From: Nitrosopumilus sp. K4
GTDB lineage: Archaea > Thermoproteota > Nitrososphaeria > Nitrososphaerales > Nitrosopumilaceae
Reading direction: 5' to 3'
DNA: 32,000 nucleotides
Assembly: GCF_018128925.1 (NCBI RefSeq)
Contig: NZ_CP067007.1
Span: 1,298,330-1,330,329, forward strand
The position numbers were made by a program, and so were the translations under genes. The notes beneath the pieces were generated by a model. The model had not been told where the DNA came from. It searched no databases and saw only the letters and a list, made by a program, of their open reading frames with translations. Every line of letters begins with the position of its first letter. Positions within the stretch are counted from its first letter, which is position 1. Below are positions 1-8,060 of this stretch, one piece after another.

Positions 1-654
1 TTGATGGTATTGATCCATCCATCCAGACTGAATACCTTGCAGACCTACTTCACAATCCCAATAGACTCTTTGGGATGTAGGGGAATTATCACCATTGATT
101 TTGTATACATCAGCAATGCAAAATCCTACTTTGATGGAAGATGCATCAACACCGTTTGGAAGTATTACAATATCACCAGGAATTTCATTTCCATTTTTGT
201 CAGTATCTACATATTGTACTGCAAATTCACCAATATCGGCAATATGCCAATGGTTGTGAATATCATGGTATTCAAATTCACTTACAATTTCAGAGAAGAC
301 CAAGTTTCCTTCGGAATCATATAGGTTTTGTAATGCATCTTGTGTTTCTGCTTCATCTGGATTTTCTACTGGAATAACAGGTTCATATTCTAGATTGCCT
401 GTTCCAATGTTTCCCCATGCATTTGTAAATCTCAAAAATTCACCTTGTTGAGAATTTTGAATTTGCAAATGTTTTGGAATAGATGGTGAAATGTCCGGCA
501 ACATAGCAGTGTCAGGAATGTTATTTTGACCGTTTCCATTACCTGCAAATATTTCACTTGCAACTGGAACAGTAAACAAAAATCCTATTGCTGCCATCAC
601 TGGAAGAAGTTTTTTGTAGTCATAGATGACGTTGTTCGTGCCTATCATTATCAT
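1..654 (-). CDS. Secreted lysyl-oxidase-like (LOX family) domain protein, N-terminal part; the 3' end runs off the window
   Basis: Hand translation of the minus strand shows an open frame from ATG at 654 (alternative ATGs at 648 and 597) down to position 1 with no stop. The ORF track omits it because there is no stop in the window. Signal-like N-terminus KKLLPVMAAIGFLFTVPVASEIFA. LRFTNAWGNIGTG, YHDIHNHWHI, KVGFCIADVY and GWMDQYHQ line up in order with the LOX catalytic-domain motifs LLRFPQRVKNQGTSDF, WEWHSCHQHYHSMD, KASFCLEDT and GCYDTY. Confidence 0.6.
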   Translation of the reverse strand, partial: MIMIGTNNVIYDYKKLLPVMAAIGFLFTVPVASEIFAGNGNGQNNIPDTAMLPDISPSIPKHLQIQNSQQGEFLRFTNAWGNIGTGNLEYEPVIPVENPDEAETQDALQNLYDSEGNLVFSEIVSEFEYHDIHNHWHIADIGEFAVQYVDTDKNGNEIPGDIVILPNGVDASSIKVGFCIADVYKINGDNSPTSQRVYWDCEVGLQGIQSGWMDQYHQ

Positions 655-745
655 ACGTTAATAATTACAATATATTAGCAAATGTAATAATTACAAAGAA
701 CACGCTGGATTTTAAATAGGAAAAGTTGAGTTTTGTGATAAAAAT

Positions 746-2278
746 TTAGAGAACAGAGTCCTTGGTCTTAAACACACGCTTAAAGTATTCTGATGACTCT
801 TTTGGTTCGTCAAGATCGTTTTTGATTCCAGCAAGATTCTTTGCAAGATTCTTTTTGTAACCAATTTGCATCTGTCTTTGAATTTGAATTCTTTGTGCTT
901 GTGGAGAGCCTGCGCCATGCATGGATTCTGTCAGATATCCAACAGCATTTCTTCCAAGAGTCATATTTTCGATTAATCTAAGGATTCTCATTCTATTTTC
1001 AACATCAACACCTTTTCTTCCTGCTAGGTATTTTTTGAGTAGAGGACCTGCTTCTGGATGTCTAAAGTCTTTTTCAGAAGGCAGTGTAACGACCAACCCA
1101 CCAGCAATGTCTTGTGCAAGTCTACTGATTTCATATGGGAATCGAGTAACATTATGTTTGCAAACTTGCGCAAGCATATCATCATTGAGATAAACACCTG
1201 ACTTCATTTTGTGGCCTTGATGAGATGATGCAATTCCTGCTGCAAAAATAGTCTCATTAAGATGAGTCATTTCAATTATTTTATCTTTAATGTGTGAAAC
1301 TTTTGGGATACCGTTATAATCTGCAATTGTAGCTGCTGCACCAATCAAGACATCACCCAATCCAGTTTTGCAAACATAACTTCTTCTATGATAACATGTG
1401 AATCGTTCAACAAGCATTGATGCAAATTCATATTCACCATACATGAAGACTTTGTCCCAAGGGATGAAAACTCTATCTAAGACAATTAATGCTTCTTGTC
1501 CACCAAACTTTGCATTTCCATCATCAATGTCACCTTCTTCCATACTTCTTGTATCACAAGACTGTCTACCATAGATGTAAGTAACTCCTTTTGCATCTGC
1601 AGGAATTGCTCCAACTACTGCCCAATCTTTGTCTTCTTCTGTCAATCTAATCGTAGGCATTAAAATTATCCAGTGAGAGTTTATACATCCAGTTTGGTGA
1701 GCTTTTGCACCAGAGACATAGATTCCTTTATCATCTTTGTCAACAACTCTAGTAAACAAGTCAGGATCTTCTTGTTCAGAAGGTCCTTTACTTCTATCTC
1801 CCTTTGGATCAGTCATGGCACCACCAATAACAAGATTTTCTTTTTGAACCATCTTAACAAATTCTAAGAATCTTTGATGGTAATTTGTTCCATGTTTTTC
1901 ATCAATCTCAAATGTTGTAGAGTGTAATGCATTCATTGCGTCCATACCAACACATCTTTGGAAACAGGTTCCAGTGTTTTGTCCTAGTTTTCTTTGCATT
2001 TTATTTTGTAAAACCAGATCTTGTGCACTTTCTGCAATGTGTAAAAATCGATTTACTTGTAATCCAGTAATTGATGATTTTGCAGATGCCAGTTCTTCTT
2101 CTCTTACTGCAAGATCATAAGTTTCAGCTACGGCATTAATTGATGGCCTGATAATAGGATGATCAACAGGTTCTTTGATTAATTCACCAAAAAGATATAC
2201 TTTGAGATCTCTCCCACGAAGACTTTGAATATAGTCTTCACCGGTTCTAATAGTTTTAGTGGTCTCCACATTTGCCAT
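746..2278 (-). CDS. abfD: 4-hydroxybutyryl-CoA dehydratase / vinylacetyl-CoA isomerase (HP/HB cycle key enzyme)
   Basis: 510-aa ORF with full-length resemblance to the AbfD/4-hydroxyphenylacetate hydroxylase-like fold family. It sits next to an ADP-forming acyl-CoA synthetase, as in Nitrosopumilus maritimus. Confidence 0.92.
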   Translation of the reverse strand: MANVETTKTIRTGEDYIQSLRGRDLKVYLFGELIKEPVDHPIIRPSINAVAETYDLAVREEELASAKSSITGLQVNRFLHIAESAQDLVLQNKMQRKLGQNTGTCFQRCVGMDAMNALHSTTFEIDEKHGTNYHQRFLEFVKMVQKENLVIGGAMTDPKGDRSKGPSEQEDPDLFTRVVDKDDKGIYVSGAKAHQTGCINSHWIILMPTIRLTEEDKDWAVVGAIPADAKGVTYIYGRQSCDTRSMEEGDIDDGNAKFGGQEALIVLDRVFIPWDKVFMYGEYEFASMLVERFTCYHRRSYVCKTGLGDVLIGAAATIADYNGIPKVSHIKDKIIEMTHLNETIFAAGIASSHQGHKMKSGVYLNDDMLAQVCKHNVTRFPYEISRLAQDIAGGLVVTLPSEKDFRHPEAGPLLKKYLAGRKGVDVENRMRILRLIENMTLGRNAVGYLTESMHGAGSPQAQRIQIQRQMQIGYKKNLAKNLAGIKNDLDEPKESSEYFKRVFKTKDSVL

Positions 2279-2299
2279 AACAGAACTCCCTCTAGGTGG

Positions 2300-2307
2300 T
2301 ATAAAAA
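2300..2307 (-). promoter_or_regulatory. TATA-like box upstream of the 4-hydroxybutyryl-CoA dehydratase gene
   Basis: The minus strand reads TTTTTATA, centred about 25 nt upstream of the ATG at 2278. That spacing fits an archaeal promoter with a leaderless or very short-leader mRNA. Confidence 0.3.
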
Positions 2308-2348
2308 TTCTAGATGCGTATGAGCAAAAATTTAGGAATGGATTGCGA

Positions 2349-4445
2349 TCAAAGCCCTATTCGGACATCTAATATTTTGCAGCCCTTTCCTTTCTCTAGA
2401 ACCAAAACTGGGTTCATGTCAAGCTCTTTGATCTCTTTAAAGTCAGTAACAAGTTGTGATAATCGCTGAATGCAATCTGACAAAGATGCAATATCGGATG
2501 GTTTTTCTCCTCTTACTCCTTGAAGCAGTTTTTGTGTCTTGATCGAAGAAATCATATCATCTGCTTCCTTATCAGTCACAGGTGCAAGTTTGAATGTAAC
2601 ATCTTTGAGGATCTCTACATAGATTCCTCCCATACCAAGCATAATTACAGGGCCAAATCCAGGCTCTAATTTTGAGCCAATTATCATTTCTTTTCCCCCT
2701 TTGACCATTTCAACAATTAATACGCCTTTGATCTCAGCATTTTTGTCGTATTTTTTGGCGTTTTTGATTATGGTTTTAAATGCAGTTCGAATTTCTGAGT
2801 CGTTTGTAAGGTTTACTTTAACACCGCCAGCATCAGACTTGTGAATAATTTGAGGTGAAGCGATCTTCATTACGACAGGATAACCAATTTTTTTTGCAAT
2901 TTTAATTGCTTCATCTTCTGTTTTAGCCAAAGCACTTTTTGGTAATGGTAAACCATATGCTTTGAGTACTTCTTGTCCCTCTTCTTCTAGAAGATTTGGA
3001 CGTTTTTCTTTTTTGACTTTATCGAAGATCTTTTTTGCTTTAGTTTTGTTTACTTTGAATTTTGAAATTTTTCCTTCTTTAGTATTTACCCAAATTGCAA
3101 ATTTTATCATTGCAGCTAAAGCTCTAATTGCCCCTTCAGCATATGTATAATAGGGAACATCACCTTCGGCTAAAATTTCTCTATTGGTAATTCCTTCATC
3201 CAGTCCCATTAAACTTGCAAGCATTGTTTTTTTGTATTTCTTTGACATTACAACAATTACTTCAGCTAATTTATCATAATTTAGAGTTCCAGAAGGAGTA
3301 CACATTGTAATAACTGAACCAACTTTTGTATGTTTGAGTACACGTTCCAAAACATTATGGAATCGATTAAAATCAGCATCACCTACAATATCTACTGGGT
3401 TCCTAGAGCTTCCCCATGGAGGAATCACCTCATCAATCTTTGGGCGAATAGTATCAATGTTGGCCATTCTAATTCCTGCTTTAGAGCAAGCATCAGTTGA
3501 AATGATAGCAGGGCCTCCAGCATTTGAAACAATAACTAAACCTCCTGCTGTTGGAAGTGGTTGTTTTGAAAATGCAGTTGCATAATCAAATAGTTCTTCC
3601 ATAGTATCAACCCTAATTGCACCAGACTGTTTTAGTAACGCATCATAGATTTCATCAGAACCCATCAAGGCACCAGTATGAGACATTGCAGCCTTTGCAC
3701 CTTCTGGACTACGACCAGATTTGAGTACAAGAACAGGTTTCTTTAATTTTTTAGTAATATTTTTACAGACTCTGAGGAATTCTTGACCATCTCCCATATC
3801 CTCAAGATACATAACGATAACTTTGGTTTGTTTATGCGCAGCCAACATTTTTAGAACATCAACTTCGCTCATCGCTGCCTTATTTCCAAGACTAATTACT
3901 GCTGAGAATCCAATTCCTTGTGCGCTAGCATCTTCAACAAGTGCTGCACATATAGCTCCACTTTGCGAAACAAGGGCAATTTTTCCAGATTTTGGCGTTA
4001 CTTTAAGAAATGTAGAATTCATCATTGTCTTTGGATCAAGATTCATGACACCAAGACAGTTTGGACCAATGATTTGAATTTTGTATTTTTTAGCAATGTC
4101 TTTAATTTGCTGTTCACGTTTTGCTCCTTCTTCATCAACTTCTTTAAAACCGGCTGTGATTATTATGACACCCTTAACCTTTTTCTTTCCACATTCTTCT
4201 AAAACATCAGCAACAAGTGTATTTTTGATTACAATTACTGCTAGATCAATTGATTTTGGAACGTCCAATACAGTCTTGTATGCTTTTTTGTAAAATACAG
4301 TATCCCTAGTAGGACTAATAGGATAAACAATTCCCTTAAAACCATTCATAATATTTGATGTAATAGTTGCACCAACACTGCCTCTCTTGTCAGATGCGCC
4401 AATAACTGCAATTGATTTTGGTGATAAAAAGACAGATTCTGCCAT
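2349..4445 (-). CDS. ADP-forming acyl-CoA synthetase (fused alpha/beta, CoA-binding + ATP-grasp); probably 4-hydroxybutyrate-CoA ligase (ADP-forming)
   Basis: 698-aa ORF. N-terminal CoA-binding region (SIAVIGASDKRGSVG), succinyl-CoA-synthetase-like flavodoxin domains (MSHTGALMG) and a C-terminal ATP-grasp domain. Substrate is inferred only from adjacency to the dehydratase. Confidence 0.85.
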   Translation of the reverse strand: MAESVFLSPKSIAVIGASDKRGSVGATITSNIMNGFKGIVYPISPTRDTVFYKKAYKTVLDVPKSIDLAVIVIKNTLVADVLEECGKKKVKGVIIITAGFKEVDEEGAKREQQIKDIAKKYKIQIIGPNCLGVMNLDPKTMMNSTFLKVTPKSGKIALVSQSGAICAALVEDASAQGIGFSAVISLGNKAAMSEVDVLKMLAAHKQTKVIVMYLEDMGDGQEFLRVCKNITKKLKKPVLVLKSGRSPEGAKAAMSHTGALMGSDEIYDALLKQSGAIRVDTMEELFDYATAFSKQPLPTAGGLVIVSNAGGPAIISTDACSKAGIRMANIDTIRPKIDEVIPPWGSSRNPVDIVGDADFNRFHNVLERVLKHTKVGSVITMCTPSGTLNYDKLAEVIVVMSKKYKKTMLASLMGLDEGITNREILAEGDVPYYTYAEGAIRALAAMIKFAIWVNTKEGKISKFKVNKTKAKKIFDKVKKEKRPNLLEEEGQEVLKAYGLPLPKSALAKTEDEAIKIAKKIGYPVVMKIASPQIIHKSDAGGVKVNLTNDSEIRTAFKTIIKNAKKYDKNAEIKGVLIVEMVKGGKEMIIGSKLEPGFGPVIMLGMGGIYVEILKDVTFKLAPVTDKEADDMISSIKTQKLLQGVRGEKPSDIASLSDCIQRLSQLVTDFKEIKELDMNPVLVLEKGKGCKILDVRIGL

Positions 4446-4467
4446 GTACGTTGGGTTGAAGATTTTC

Positions 4468-4476
4468 TATAATAAA
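4468..4476 (-). promoter_or_regulatory. TATA-like box upstream of the acyl-CoA synthetase gene
   Basis: The minus strand reads TTTATTATA, centred about 27 nt upstream of the ATG at 4445. Confidence 0.3.
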
Positions 4477-4504
4477 GTTATTCATGAAAATTTCTGATCT
4501 CTAT

Positions 4505-4861
4505 TTAGCTGCCCAACATTTTACCAGCCAAATTTTCTTTTCTTGGTACCCATGTTATTGTAAGATTAGAGAATTTTCCAATCAGTTGCCATGCCTCACG
4601 TGCCAATTCACGAAGTTTTTCATTATTGATAGCAAATTCATGGTTAAGTTGTGATACAGTATTTTTTGAATCGCTGTAGATAATTACATCGGAATCACTG
4701 TCAGAAAATTTTTTGAGTGCAGAGATTATTGCCATGTATTCAGCCTGATTGTTTGTAATATCAGGTTGTTTTTCATAAAATGATTCTCCAGTTTCTTTTA
4801 CAAAAAATCCATAACCTCCATTTGGGCCTCCTGAGCCATCAACATAAACACTAACTACCAT
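4505..4861 (-). CDS. rnhA: Ribonuclease H (type 1, short archaeal form)
   Basis: 118 aa. VYVDGSG (Asp), NNQAEYMAIISAL (Glu) and IIYSDSKNTV (Asp) match RNase HI active-site blocks. Confidence 0.75.
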   Translation of the reverse strand: MVVSVYVDGSGGPNGGYGFFVKETGESFYEKQPDITNNQAEYMAIISALKKFSDSDSDVIIYSDSKNTVSQLNHEFAINNEKLRELAREAWQLIGKFSNLTITWVPRKENLAGKMLGS

Positions 4862-5303
4862 CTTTATACAACCTCGTCATTTTTACACTCAAGTTTATTG
4901 CTATCATATACACTACTGTTGATATAATTTGTGATACAATTGATGCCAAATAAGCGTCATAATCAATGGTTAGTAAATAATATTGCAAAATCCATCTTAC
5001 AATAGTATAAATGACTTCAGCAATTCCCAATGAAGTTAAAATTTTGATTAAATCATGTCTAAGTTTTTTCTTGTCTGTTTCACCAGATTTTAATAAATAT
5101 TTTTTTCTGTTATCAACGTAATACAGACCCCCAAATGTTGAAAAGTAAATAACATAATCTACAATCAGAGTGTATGTAGTGTTTAGATAATCTGCTTGTT
5201 CAGAAAGAATTTGAGCGATTATTGCAGAAATTATAATCGATGCAGCAAATGCAATTAGAATATTTTTGTTTAATTTGAAATATTCGCGATGTTTTTCATT
5301 CAA
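4851..5303 (-). CDS. Hypothetical integral membrane protein (about 4 TM)
   Basis: 150-aa ORF with four hydrophobic segments. It overlaps the downstream RNase H start by 11 nt on the same strand. Confidence 0.6.
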   Translation of the reverse strand: MNEKHREYFKLNKNILIAFAASIIISAIIAQILSEQADYLNTTYTLIVDYVIYFSTFGGLYYVDNRKKYLLKSGETDKKKLRHDLIKILTSLGIAEVIYTIVRWILQYYLLTIDYDAYLASIVSQIISTVVYMIAINLSVKMTRLYKDGS

Positions 5304-5340
5304 CAGAGATTCATGAATGACTGTTACAATTAAACTAAAT

Positions 5341-5625
5341 CTAGTCTAAAGTGATCTTTAGAAATATCAAAAGACCACCTAATTCAGCTATGCCAACTCC
5401 AAGCATGTAAGGGAAGATCTCATGTGAAAATAACTGATCCATAGAAAAGTATGCTAGTGCACCAATAATATTATGGAGAAATAGCATTCCTGCAACCACA
5501 ATCATCCCTAACGGTAGTTGTGCTTTTGTTGTTACATACATTTTTCCAAATATACAAATGAGAATACCTAAAACTGCCATATTTGCCATTGAGACGATAG
5601 ATAACACTAGGGATGTAGATTCCAT
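5341..5625 (-). CDS. Hypothetical small membrane protein (3 TM)
   Basis: 94-aa hydrophobic ORF lying 25 nt downstream of the ArsR-like gene on the same strand. Confidence 0.6.
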   Translation of the reverse strand: MESTSLVLSIVSMANMAVLGILICIFGKMYVTTKAQLPLGMIVVAGMLFLHNIIGALAYFSMDQLFSHEIFPYMLGVGIAELGGLLIFLKITLD

Positions 5626-5650
5626 TTAGTGATGAACACCTCTTGTCAGT

Positions 5651-5953
5651 TTATTTACTTTTATCCAATTTTCTTTCAATTTCTTCAAATGCCTCCATAT
5701 TGACTTCCAAAAAAGTAGATATGAAAAATGCAATTCCGTATTTTTCACCCACAGAAGTAATTAGATTATTTTTCTCTAATACTCTGATATGATGCTGAAT
5801 AGCCTTATAGTCTAAACCTAATTCTTTGGATAATTGGTTAGTGTTTAATGGATTTTTTCTTATTGCATTAATTATTTTTAAGCGATTAATTCCCCCTCGT
5901 GAACCTGCAAAAACAAACCATAACAGTCGCTTTGCATCAGGGTCATTTGCCAT
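5651..5953 (-). CDS. ArsR-type winged-helix transcriptional regulator
   Basis: 100 aa. The HTH segment NTNQLSKELGLDYKAIQHHIRVLEKNNLI is typical of ArsR/SmtB-like wHTH proteins. Confidence 0.75.
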   Translation of the reverse strand: MANDPDAKRLLWFVFAGSRGGINRLKIINAIRKNPLNTNQLSKELGLDYKAIQHHIRVLEKNNLITSVGEKYGIAFFISTFLEVNMEAFEEIERKLDKSK

Positions 5954-6047
5954 CAGTCACTGACAGAGTTTTTCAACTAAAAGGTATTTGGAGAGTCAAA
6001 TATTAGAAACTATAAAAAAGATATCAGATTATCTACATTGAATCAAA

Positions 6048-6929
6048 ATGATGTTGAATTATGATGCTCCGTTGTATAGGCCACCATCTGAAGCACGATC
6101 ATTGATTTTTCAGGTTACATTAGGATGTTCATTTAATGAATGTTCATTTTGTGATATGTATAGATCAAAAGAATATTCAGAAAGATCATGGGATGAGGTT
6201 AAAATGGAGATTGATTTGATGTCAAAACATCTTCCAAATACTACAAGAATTTTCTTAGCAGACGGTGATGCTCTAAATCTGGATGCACAATACATTGTAA
6301 AAATTGTAAAATACCTAAAAGAAAAGTTTCCAAATCTTGAAAGGATTTCATGCTATGCAATGCCTATGAATATTTTAAAGAAGACACCTGAAGAGTTGAA
6401 AATGATGCATGATGCCGGACTTGACATGTTGTATTTAGGAATTGAAAGTGGCTCAGATATTATTCTAAAAAAAGTAACAAAAGGTGCCATTGCAAAAACA
6501 ATAATCAAATCAGTGAATAAGGCAAAAGAAGCAGGGTACATCATGTCCTGTATGATAATTTTAGGATTAGGAGGAAGAACATACTCTAAAGAACATATCA
6601 AAGGAACAGCAGAGGTGATCAGTGCATGTTCTCCAAATTATGTTGGTGCATTAACATTGTATTTAGAAAACGGAATTAAACAAGAATTTCTTGACAAGTT
6701 TGGAGAGCCATTTATCAGAATTAATGATGATGAGTCATTAGAAGAACTTCGGGATCTTATTAGCCAAATTGAGACTACAGATGAGATAGTTTTCAGAGCA
6801 AATCATGGTTCTAATGCATATACAATAAAGGGAACGTTTCCACAAGACAAACAAGCAATGTTAGATAAGATAGAGTGGATGAAACAACATCCAGAAATCA
6901 TGCGTCCTCAAGGGCTACGTGGGTTTTAA
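6048..6929 (+). CDS. Radical SAM domain protein (function unknown)
   Basis: 293 aa. Cys cluster GCSFNECSFCDMY near the N-terminus, followed by TIM-barrel-like blocks (FLADGDAL, LYLGIESG). Confidence 0.8.
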   Translation: MMLNYDAPLYRPPSEARSLIFQVTLGCSFNECSFCDMYRSKEYSERSWDEVKMEIDLMSKHLPNTTRIFLADGDALNLDAQYIVKIVKYLKEKFPNLERISCYAMPMNILKKTPEELKMMHDAGLDMLYLGIESGSDIILKKVTKGAIAKTIIKSVNKAKEAGYIMSCMIILGLGGRTYSKEHIKGTAEVISACSPNYVGALTLYLENGIKQEFLDKFGEPFIRINDDESLEELRDLISQIETTDEIVFRANHGSNAYTIKGTFPQDKQAMLDKIEWMKQHPEIMRPQGLRGF

Positions 6930-7378
6930 ATCAAAGAATTTTGATTCAGGTAAACAACTTTGAAAATTCTTACTGAGTAATTTCCGTCAAAAATTTTGGT
7001 GGTCTCATCACCATTTGTACTGAGTACTCTGAATCGATATTCATAGTCACCGTCATTTTCCACTCCAGTCTGAGCAAAGTGAACAGATTCGCCATTTTTG
7101 AATATCTGAATTATCACAGGATAACCATCTACATGATTTGAGATATTTCCTTCAACAAACCCCCATGGAAGTTGATTGTCTTTAGGTGCATGAAAAAAAA
7201 CTGTTGTTTTTTCTAGCCCAATGCTTGCAGATAATGGAATGATTTCAGTTTGTGGATCGTGTGTATGGCCATTTATCAAAACTTGTCCTGGGTGTGGGTG
7301 AGCAAATGCTAATGAAGGGATAAGGGAAAATGCAGTAATTATCAAAATGCTGGAAAGCAAAATTTTATTCATTTTCAA
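6926..7378 (-). CDS. Secreted beta-sandwich protein, His-rich mature N-terminus (function unknown)
   Basis: 150 aa. Signal peptide ending SLAFA, then HPHPGQVLINGHTHDP. The C-terminal part resembles the G-x-Y-x-V repeat modules of other secreted proteins in this window. Confidence 0.65.
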   Translation of the reverse strand: MKMNKILLSSILIITAFSLIPSLAFAHPHPGQVLINGHTHDPQTEIIPLSASIGLEKTTVFFHAPKDNQLPWGFVEGNISNHVDGYPVIIQIFKNGESVHFAQTGVENDGDYEYRFRVLSTNGDETTKIFDGNYSVRIFKVVYLNQNSLI

Positions 7379-7410
7379 TTTACACCATTAGTTCTTGCTT
7401 AAAAAATTTG

Positions 7411-7662
7411 TTAAAGTTGATCAATGACAGGTTTTAGATTTTCAGGTAAATCCGGTAATTCTGCATGACTTTCATTATTTTGAATGACTTCAGGGCCAAT
7501 TCTTCTTACCTTTTGAGTTCCAATTAATGTATCAATACTTCTTTGGATATCTTTTTCAGACAATACGGTCTTTAGTTTTTCAATAACTTTGTCCTCATTT
7601 TCAAATTTTTTAATTGCATATTGAACAATAATCATTTTTTCACTCATAGAATAATCAGTCAT
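7411..7662 (-). CDS. Hypothetical soluble protein
   Basis: The track ORF 7411..7674 begins with GTG. The first ATG is at 7662 (MTDYSMSEK...). No recognisable motif. Confidence 0.5.
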   Translation of the reverse strand: MTDYSMSEKMIIVQYAIKKFENEDKVIEKLKTVLSEKDIQRSIDTLIGTQKVRRIGPEVIQNNESHAELPDLPENLKPVIDQL

Positions 7663-7695
7663 TTGAAAATACACAATTGTTAAGAGTAAAAAACA

Positions 7696-7926
7696 TTACC
7701 TGAGTTCATCTAGTTTTCTTTGCAGTTCGGCAGGTTTTGGTATTCCAGTAAATTCTAATTTTTCATTAATTACCAATCCAGGTGCTGTAAAGATAGGGTA
7801 TTTTTCCAAATATTCAGGATGTTCTGTAACATCAATGGTTTCATATTTTACGTTCAATTCATCTAACATTTTTTCTAGGGCACTACAATTGGAGCATCCG
7901 GAAGTGGTTAGAACTTGAACTTTCAT
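7696..7926 (-). CDS. Small thioredoxin-fold protein (redox-active disulfide protein 2 / Thioredoxin_3-like)
   Basis: 76 aa. The GCSNC redox motif at residues 10-14 and the TAPGLVIN block are typical of the about 80-aa archaeal/bacterial thioredoxin-like family. Confidence 0.8.
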   Translation of the reverse strand: MKVQVLTTSGCSNCSALEKMLDELNVKYETIDVTEHPEYLEKYPIFTAPGLVINEKLEFTGIPKPAELQRKLDELR

Positions 7927-8060
7927 GACTCTACAAACTGGTCTGGGTTTTGTTCAAAGGCCCACCTGCAAGTTGCGCAACAAAATCGGTATTCTTTACC
8001 TTTGTGTACAATCGATTCTCCTTTTTCACCAACATCCATTCCACATACAGGATCTTTCAT
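7923..8060 (-). CDS. YHS/TRASH-type metal-binding small protein (45 aa), not in the ORF track
   Basis: Hand translation gives MKDPVCGMDVGEKGESIVHKGKEYRFCCATCRWAFEQNPDQFVES. This matches the YHS pattern CPVCGM..V...........Y.FCS..C...F..NP..F. Its ATG overlaps the upstream stop (ATGA at 8057-8060) and its TGA overlaps the downstream ATG (ATGA at 7923-7926). Confidence 0.7.
   Translation of the reverse strand: MKDPVCGMDVGEKGESIVHKGKEYRFCCATCRWAFEQNPDQFVES

Noticed and set aside
1-377. Plus-strand track ORFs 1..324 (107 aa) and 141..377 (78 aa)
   Set aside because: They are antisense to a longer, motif-bearing minus-strand frame (the LOX-like gene) and have low-complexity, hydrophobic/aromatic composition typical of shadow ORFs in AT-rich DNA.
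2962-4293. Several 60-95-aa plus-strand ORFs inside the acyl-CoA synthetase gene. The same pattern recurs with 921..1193 and 1673..1867 in abfD, 19351..19659 and 19594..19806 in coxA, 18304..18531 and 18670..18936 in the cupredoxin gene, 27693..27989, 14679..15501 and others.
   Set aside because: All lie within, and antisense to or out of frame with, long well-supported genes. None has recognisable motifs.
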